From positions 1 through 64,000 of IMG/VR virus record IMGVR_UViG_3300032365_000024: DNA of 64,000 nucleotides, one strand, 5' to 3'. Source of the stretch: a virus (taxonomy: Duplodnaviria; Caudoviricetes). Position 1 is the first letter of the stretch, and each line of letters starts with the position of its first letter. Shown in pieces: positions 58,345 to 64,000 of this stretch. Below the pieces are notes generated by a model, which was not told where the DNA came from, did no database searches, and saw only the letters and a program-made list of their open reading frames with translations. The position numbers and the translations under genes were made by a program.

Positions 58345-58686
58345 TTAAGAAAGCATAACTCGATAAACACAAATATATTCCCGAGATTCTTGTTCTGTAA
58401 TCCAACGTCCGAGAAGAGGATCATCACGATCTAATATACAAGTTCCACACCAGCAATGAATCACAAACGGAGTTTTACTTCTAATACTAGTAGACCAAAA
58501 ATATCTAACCTTTTTAGAACAACCACTTATGGATATTAATCGCCCTGATTTCCATATATCACCACAATTAAATTTAATTTGTTCCGAATCTAATTTATCT
58601 CGCCATAAATATTCAGTATCCATAGCTACTCTTCGGACCGGGTAACGGTAACTTATAATATTCACATATCTGTCGATTTCTATCAT
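58345..58686 (-). CDS. Hypothetical protein (start may be ATG 58623)
   Basis: 113-aa ORF overlapping the upstream gene by about 70 nt. Confidence 0.4.
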   Translation of the reverse strand: MIEIDRYVNIISYRYPVRRVAMDTEYLWRDKLDSEQIKFNCGDIWKSGRLISISGCSKKVRYFWSTSIRSKTPFVIHCWCGTCILDRDDPLLGRWITEQESREYICVYRVMLS

Positions 58687-59089
58687 TATGAGTTAATGGG
58701 GATATCGCGTCAAAACGATCACCCCATTTATCAAATCCAGGACCGATATTAAATTTATTGAAATGATCTTCAGAAATTGAAATAATACGTTCTGGTGTAA
58801 TGCCTGGTGCAAATGGGTGGTCAGCCACATCAATAGAAAGACTTCCGTATACACTGCTGCACATTATACATGGTAACACATGTGATCCAATAAGATCTAA
58901 AATTCTAACACGTTCATCATCGGTTAAAACTGAACTCGGAAAAGCATGTTCATAACCAAGATCATCCGTACTTCTATTCCATATTTTCTTATCAAGATCA
59001 GATAGGAACGCCCTCTCTTCAGAAGAGAGTGGAGAGGGCGTTCCATATTTCACTTCGAGCGGGCGAGTTGATTTTACATCTTTTTGCAT
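58613..59089 (-). CDS. Hypothetical protein
   Basis: 158-aa ORF. Confidence 0.5.
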   Translation of the reverse strand: MQKDVKSTRPLEVKYGTPSPLSSEERAFLSDLDKKIWNRSTDDLGYEHAFPSSVLTDDERVRILDLIGSHVLPCIMCSSVYGSLSIDVADHPFAPGITPERIISISEDHFNKFNIGPGFDKWGDRFDAISPLTHNDRNRQICEYYKLPLPGPKSSYGY

Positions 59090-59109
59090 AATATAATATA
59101 CGCTTAAAA

Positions 59110-61497
59110 TTATATATTAATACGAATTTCTTTCATTTCAACCTCACCATCAATAGAATTACCATCAACGGTAATAGATAACTTCGTATCCTCAAGAGTA
59201 GGCAGATCCTTAAACCAACATTGCCCAACAATAATTGAAAAAACTATGTTTGCCTTATTAAAAATTAACTGACGTGTTTTTTTGATAGCAGCTTTCGATT
59301 CACTATCAAGCCACGCTTCAAGTATTCGATTTTGATCTGCAGCCTCAATAAAAACCGGACTCGTTAAAAACGCTTCCACGTGTTCACATACTGGCCGCAT
59401 GAGAGCTCCAGGAGCATTTACTTTCCCTCTTTTGATTTGTTCACGAAGCTCTTTCAAACTCGGTAACTTTGAATATCCCTTAATACTAACCACAAGTTCT
59501 TTACCCATGTAAAAATCTTTTACTTCAGCTTGAACCGCTTTAGGACTAAAACCTCCATCGGTAATACCTTGATCCTTGAGCCAAAGAGCTGCAGCATCTC
59601 CAAAACGAGCTGCCATCCCTTCAACCTTGCGAGGAGGAAGCTTATCTTTCACATATGCATTGTATACTTTTTGAGCTGCCCGAGCCTTAGTAAGTTCATA
59701 TTCTAATTCAAACATAGCTTTAGCAAAAACTTCCTTAACCATCTTGCGATTAATTATCGGAAGCTTCCCGAGATCAAGTAAAAATTCTGCTCCCTCTTTA
59801 TCTGGCCTAGCATCATCAACGCCAAATAACTCATCAGGAGCACCAGCTTCCTGAAGAGCTCTCACTGTTTTACAAGTCATACATACGGGCAGAGTTTTTA
59901 CATTCACAAGTCCATCAGCAATAATAGCATAATTACGCCAAATGAATGTGTCGAGTTTATCAGGAATTTTTCCTTTGAATTCAGGTGGTATTCGTGAAGA
60001 AAGATCCACTACACCTTCTTTACGAACTAATAATGAAATATTTGGACGCTCTTCATTGAAAGTGAGCGCCATAATAGGATAACCATCAGGAGCTGGCCTC
60101 GCTTCAAATTTCAAAGCTTCCTTTTTAGGAGCTAAAATTTCATCAATTCGTTTTTGATGTTCTCTAATTTTTCCAGCAGTTTTTTCTGCGGCAATCTTTG
60201 CCGTAAGAACTGTAACTTCTTTTTGTTCTTCATCAGTTAGTACGTCAGAAGAATCAATACGACCACGACCAATCCGACTATAAGAAAAATTTGGATGTTC
60301 CATCAATACTCGATTTCCGTCATCCTCACTCAAAATATGTAATAAATTAATAATAGTAAAAGCATCATCTTTAGGAACTTTATTCGGATCACGCCCTTTT
60401 AAGAAAATACCATTTCCAACAGATGCTGCTCTTACCATATCACAAAATTCAGCATATTTTTGTTTACCAAAGCAACCAGAAAACTTCTCTATTAACCTGA
60501 CATCTCCGATTGCACGTAAAATCGGAAGAACCACATCAGGCTGCATACGAGATCCATAAAGAGATGCCGCAGCATAAGCCATCTGAACAGTTTTTCGCAT
60601 CTGTTCGGGTACTTCAGGGGCATTGTTATGAACCCATATTGTTTCTGCCAGATCTGAAAGATCTTTATCCTGTGTTCCAACTAATGATGAACTTAAATAC
60701 CAAATTTCACTAAGATCTTCAGGAACTAAAACTCTTCCATGTTCCGGAAATCTCGACTCATATGTAAATGTAAGTAGGTCATTGCTTTGTGAAGCAAATA
60801 TAAATCCCTTTACAGGTTCACCAGTGATAGTAATTGTAACTTTTGGTGCCCCTGATATCTTCTTTTGAAGAACAGATTCAAAAGTAGGTTCATATTTTTC
60901 AAAATCTTCACTAAAAATAAGAGAACCACCGGCTTTCTCAGCCATGGCAGTCATTAGTTGCCGATTACAGTAATATCCATATTCCACAAATGTAGTAGCT
61001 GAAAAAACGCCAGCAGCTTTTTCAACTGCAGTCATAATTTCATACTGACTATTCTGGTTGTCATAACCATCAGACATAAAGAATAAACTAAAAGCACCGG
61101 GATTTTTCTTTTTTAGATCTGTCACAAGTGTGGCAGCTTCTTCGATAGGCTCTTTGAATCCAGTAAGACTTAATGGTCTGAGCCATCTATCAATAGCTTT
61201 ATTAATATCAGAAAGATCTTTTAACGTAGAAACAAATTCACCCTTAATGAGGGTTCCATAATCACCACGGCTTGAAAACCAAATAATACTAATTGTATCT
61301 TTTGGACCAAGAAGCTTCGGCAACTTCAGTTTAAGTTGTTCACGAATCTTTGGAAGGTCACTATACATACTACCAGAGCAATCGATAATAACAACAGTAT
61401 TTGTTGGAATATCAACTGCTTTTGCCAGTGAAGCCTTATTAATCACTTGATGGACGAGATATAAATCTTTACTTATTTGGTATGAAGTTTCAAACAT
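59110..61497 (-). CDS. von Willebrand factor A (vWA) domain protein with large unknown C-terminal region
   Basis: MIDAS VVIIDCSGSM, T in LTGF, FFMSDG; GAGGAGG SD. Confidence 0.85.
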   Translation of the reverse strand: MFETSYQISKDLYLVHQVINKASLAKAVDIPTNTVVIIDCSGSMYSDLPKIREQLKLKLPKLLGPKDTISIIWFSSRGDYGTLIKGEFVSTLKDLSDINKAIDRWLRPLSLTGFKEPIEEAATLVTDLKKKNPGAFSLFFMSDGYDNQNSQYEIMTAVEKAAGVFSATTFVEYGYYCNRQLMTAMAEKAGGSLIFSEDFEKYEPTFESVLQKKISGAPKVTITITGEPVKGFIFASQSNDLLTFTYESRFPEHGRVLVPEDLSEIWYLSSSLVGTQDKDLSDLAETIWVHNNAPEVPEQMRKTVQMAYAAASLYGSRMQPDVVLPILRAIGDVRLIEKFSGCFGKQKYAEFCDMVRAASVGNGIFLKGRDPNKVPKDDAFTIINLLHILSEDDGNRVLMEHPNFSYSRIGRGRIDSSDVLTDEEQKEVTVLTAKIAAEKTAGKIREHQKRIDEILAPKKEALKFEARPAPDGYPIMALTFNEERPNISLLVRKEGVVDLSSRIPPEFKGKIPDKLDTFIWRNYAIIADGLVNVKTLPVCMTCKTVRALQEAGAPDELFGVDDARPDKEGAEFLLDLGKLPIINRKMVKEVFAKAMFELEYELTKARAAQKVYNAYVKDKLPPRKVEGMAARFGDAAALWLKDQGITDGGFSPKAVQAEVKDFYMGKELVVSIKGYSKLPSLKELREQIKRGKVNAPGALMRPVCEHVEAFLTSPVFIEAADQNRILEAWLDSESKAAIKKTRQLIFNKANIVFSIIVGQCWFKDLPTLEDTKLSITVDGNSIDGEVEMKEIRINI

Positions 61498-61581
61498 AGA
61501 TCCTCCTCAAAAGTCTCTTAGGACCCTAACGCCATCAATAAATTACATCTGAGAGATATTTATATTATGAATTAGATAAGA

Positions 61582-64000
61582 TTATGATTCATGAATCACA
61601 CGAGCACGGGCCATGTCGAAACAGGTATGAATAAGTGAACTTAAGTTAGAATTACGTACTGTCTCGCGTTCGTTCATAACTGCGACTGTGAATGCTCGTG
61701 GATCTCCAAAAATAAATACTTTCTTTCGAGCCCTAGTTATAGCCGTATAAATTAAATTACGATATAGCATAATTCCATATCTCATTGTCATCGGCATAAT
61801 AACATAGTCGAATTCCTGTCCTTGACAGTTCCATCCACAAAAACCATTCTGAATAAAACGATGACCATCTGGAACTTCTATGCATACAGAAGGACCTATA
61901 AATTCTTCTATACTTGATATAGCACTATGGTGAAAATCCAAACGAAGTTGTAATTTCCTATGATCATCTGTAATATTAACAGCTCGCCTTAACATATCAG
62001 ATAACTGATGTCTAGACATACGCTTTCTAATAAGAACATTTTTATCCGATAATGTAAAAAATTGTGGACCTCCATTTGCATCTCGAATTGCAAGTGCTTC
62101 TGATTTAAGAATTGGTACTTGATATTTTTTGTCAATACCACATGGAAGAAGTGCACGTTCCTGCTTCCATTTAGTAATAAATCCTATTTGTTCCGCAAAT
62201 TTCCGTATATTACACCCATATATACAAATTGCATGATATTTTTTAGTACACCCATCAGATAAAACTCGACGATGCCAAGCTAAACCAGAGATAATACCAA
62301 AACGAAGCAACATAACTTTTACATCTTTATATATAGATTCAACACTAGTTACAAGTTCAATATGATCAGATATTTCTCTCTTTTTATTTATATTAACAGT
62401 TCCATCTTCAAATAATCCACGCAAAAATCGCGACTGAATAACAAGCGAAGATTGTATAATAATATAAGGAATAGCCTTATTACATGCTTCGAGCCCATCA
62501 ATTTGACTTAACCATCTCGCTATGTATGTAGAACTAACTTCAGCACCATCTGTTCCGTTATGTAAACCACGTTTTGCCTCTACTCCGAAAAGTGATTCAC
62601 ATAGTACAATAAATCGATCAACAACATCAGTCGAATTTTTGACTAATCTAAACCCACCATGATATATAGTTCCATCCGCAACCATAAGTCCAAAAAATTC
62701 TGCTACATCACAATCAAGCACAGTTGGCAATTTATGTATGATTTCATTATTAACACCAGTTATAGGAATAGGAAGTGATTGAAATTCTTGAGACCCCCAT
62801 TCATATCCGAGTTTAAGGGATAATATATTTCCTTCCATTAGAGCTGAAGCAGGACGACGAATATAACCAATATTATCATCCCATACATCCATACCATGAT
62901 CCGGAGTTACTTCTATAATATACCCATCTACAGTAATAATACGAAGCATTTTTGAAGGAATATTTGCAATTTTTTCTCGATATAAAGAATGACCAGATGG
63001 GGTAGCAATCATTCCACTTTCTTTAATATTGTTAATCCGACATAATCCATTCGGAGTCTCAACAAGAGTATCTGGAGATACACATTTATGCACAGTACAT
63101 GCATACGCAACTCGTAATAGTTGTCTAACTTCTTCAACTTTAAAAGTAAATATTTTATTAATATAACAAGATGATTCCTGGTCAAACCAGTTAAAAACTT
63201 TCACATCAACTTCATCATCTCTAAGTGAAATACGAGTTATTTTACCGACATCACCATTATAAATCATTTTATCATAATCATTTTGAATAATCATGATGCG
63301 ATCACCCTCGTATAAATCTGTATCACCTTGTTTTACAAAATTAGTTAATTCGGGATTATACGAAGGATTTAAAACACTGCGCATTCTTCTATTTAAATCA
63401 TGAACACCGAGGTCACCATCATATACAGGTGCTATAACTTGAAAATTGCTACCTTTTTCTTTCATTAAATATGTTAACTGACAAATTTGATCTACTACTT
63501 CATTTTGTGGATAATTAAGAAACATAACTTCCGATTGTTTATCAAATTGTGTATCAATAGACTCTCCACGTAAAATGGCATGAGAAGTCTTAATAATGGC
63601 CGATAATTTTTCTTGACGATAAATTCGTGTTAATGATACGTGTGGTACTACATCACATTCCATCAAATGATGTAATACATATCCAGCACCGACTGATGGT
63701 AATTGTGCAGAATCACCAACCATTATTATAACGGTTTTTTTTGATAATGCAGTGATAAGACGACAAAAAGTCTGCATATCCACCATCGAATTTGATACTA
63801 AAATATTATTTGAAAAATAATTATGATTATCTTCAACTTCAATATCATATACATATCGATTATACTTATCACACGGAGTATATTTTTTTATTTTTTGAAT
63901 CTCGAAAAATTTAATATTCTTCCATGGTTCAAATGAGAAAAAAGAATCATTAATATAATTATTTACATCACATTTTGGTAATTTATAAGCCATACATTCG
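61582..64000 (-). CDS. recD: RecD2-like SF1B helicase, C-terminal part, with two inteins (runs off the window end)
   Basis: |SMVD Walker B flank; VGDSAQLPSVGAG; LTRIYRQ; GDRIM..ND..NGD.G; AYACTVHK|CQGQEF; YTAITRARK; frame open to 64000. Confidence 0.9.
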   Translation of the reverse strand, partial: ECMAYKLPKCDVNNYINDSFFSFEPWKNIKFFEIQKIKKYTPCDKYNRYVYDIEVEDNHNYFSNNILVSNSMVDMQTFCRLITALSKKTVIIMVGDSAQLPSVGAGYVLHHLMECDVVPHVSLTRIYRQEKLSAIIKTSHAILRGESIDTQFDKQSEVMFLNYPQNEVVDQICQLTYLMKEKGSNFQVIAPVYDGDLGVHDLNRRMRSVLNPSYNPELTNFVKQGDTDLYEGDRIMIIQNDYDKMIYNGDVGKITRISLRDDEVDVKVFNWFDQESSCYINKIFTFKVEEVRQLLRVAYACTVHKCVSPDTLVETPNGLCRINNIKESGMIATPSGHSLYREKIANIPSKMLRIITVDGYIIEVTPDHGMDVWDDNIGYIRRPASALMEGNILSLKLGYEWGSQEFQSLPIPITGVNNEIIHKLPTVLDCDVAEFFGLMVADGTIYHGGFRLVKNSTDVVDRFIVLCESLFGVEAKRGLHNGTDGAEVSSTYIARWLSQIDGLEACNKAIPYIIIQSSLVIQSRFLRGLFEDGTVNINKKREISDHIELVTSVESIYKDVKVMLLRFGIISGLAWHRRVLSDGCTKKYHAICIYGCNIRKFAEQIGFITKWKQERALLPCGIDKKYQVPILKSEALAIRDANGGPQFFTLSDKNVLIRKRMSRHQLSDMLRRAVNITDDHRKLQLRLDFHHSAISSIEEFIGPSVCIEVPDGHRFIQNGFCGWNCQGQEFDYVIMPMTMRYGIMLYRNLIYTAITRARKKVFIFGDPRAFTVAVMNERETVRNSNLSSLIHTCFDMARARVIHES
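61828..63084 (-). mobile_element. RecD intein b (419 aa, LAGLIDADG)
   Basis: CVSPDT..; block B VTPDHG; FFGLMVADG and FLRGLFEDG; CIEVPDGHRFIQNG..WN|C. Confidence 0.92.
63790..64000 (-). mobile_element. C-terminal end of RecD intein a
   Basis: VYDIEVEDNHNYFSNNILVSN|SMVD. Confidence 0.85.

Noticed and set aside
7070-59110. A shared phage-specific promoter word (TGTA..TATA or TTTTATT) upstream of many starts
   Set aside because: Spacing is inconsistent and such words are expected by chance in DNA this AT-rich; needs motif discovery against a matched background
180-60713. Many short ORFs in the track nested in or opposite longer genes (e.g. 994..1263, 8759..9070, 19080..19310, 36968..37261, 44591..44884, 60510..60713)
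   Set aside because: Fully overlap well-supported genes, lack SD sites and show no motifs
1-64000. Eukaryotic giant virus or bacterial chromosome origin
   Set aside because: SD sites, a sigma70 promoter, NusG, DnaX and a peptidoglycan amidase point to a bacterial host; the terminase-portal-protease-capsid block and lack of housekeeping genes point to a phage
1-64000. tRNA or rRNA genes
   Set aside because: No cloverleaf or T-loop pattern seen in the few intergenic gaps; a tRNAscan-SE run would be needed to exclude them fully

Overview
This window is part of a large, AT-rich tailed dsDNA bacteriophage genome (jumbo-phage-like, Caudoviricetes), transcribed almost entirely on the minus strand. 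The right third (about 48.8-64 kb) is a replication/recombination block: RecD-like helicase, vWA protein, SbcD/Mre11, PD-(D/E)xK nuclease, probable sliding clamp, C-terminal half of SbcC/Rad50, primase, DnaX and 5'-3' exonuclease. Two transcription factors lie at its left end: a NusG paralog and a protein made of two sigma-region-4 HTHs. The middle (about 19-45 kb) is the head-assembly block: terminase, portal, prohead protease, probable scaffold, probable decoration protein, a compact HK97-fold major capsid protein and many acidic putative internal head proteins. The left end holds an amidase, a collagen-like fibre and small virion-type genes. Selfish elements take up about 28% of the window by my sum of coordinates: 7 inteins (2 in TerL, 2 in portal, 1 in the protease, 2 in RecD) and 9 free-standing endonuclease genes or relics. 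Leading leads: (1) three copies of a 60-aa Cys4 repeat array (PD-(D/E)xK nuclease in the intact copy), where two adjacent residues differ in all 9 repeats, a possible TALE/ZFN-like code; (2) a recurring [RK]-x-A-[SA] motif across head proteins, a candidate prohead-protease cleavage site resembling herpesvirus A/S sites; (3) two endonuclease + DNA-modification enzyme fusions; (4) a sigma4-only protein whose upstream region holds a perfect inverted repeat, a structured leader and a decayed mini-copy of its own 5' end. I saw no tRNA, rRNA or CRISPR array. All family calls come from motifs recognised by eye; no database search was run.
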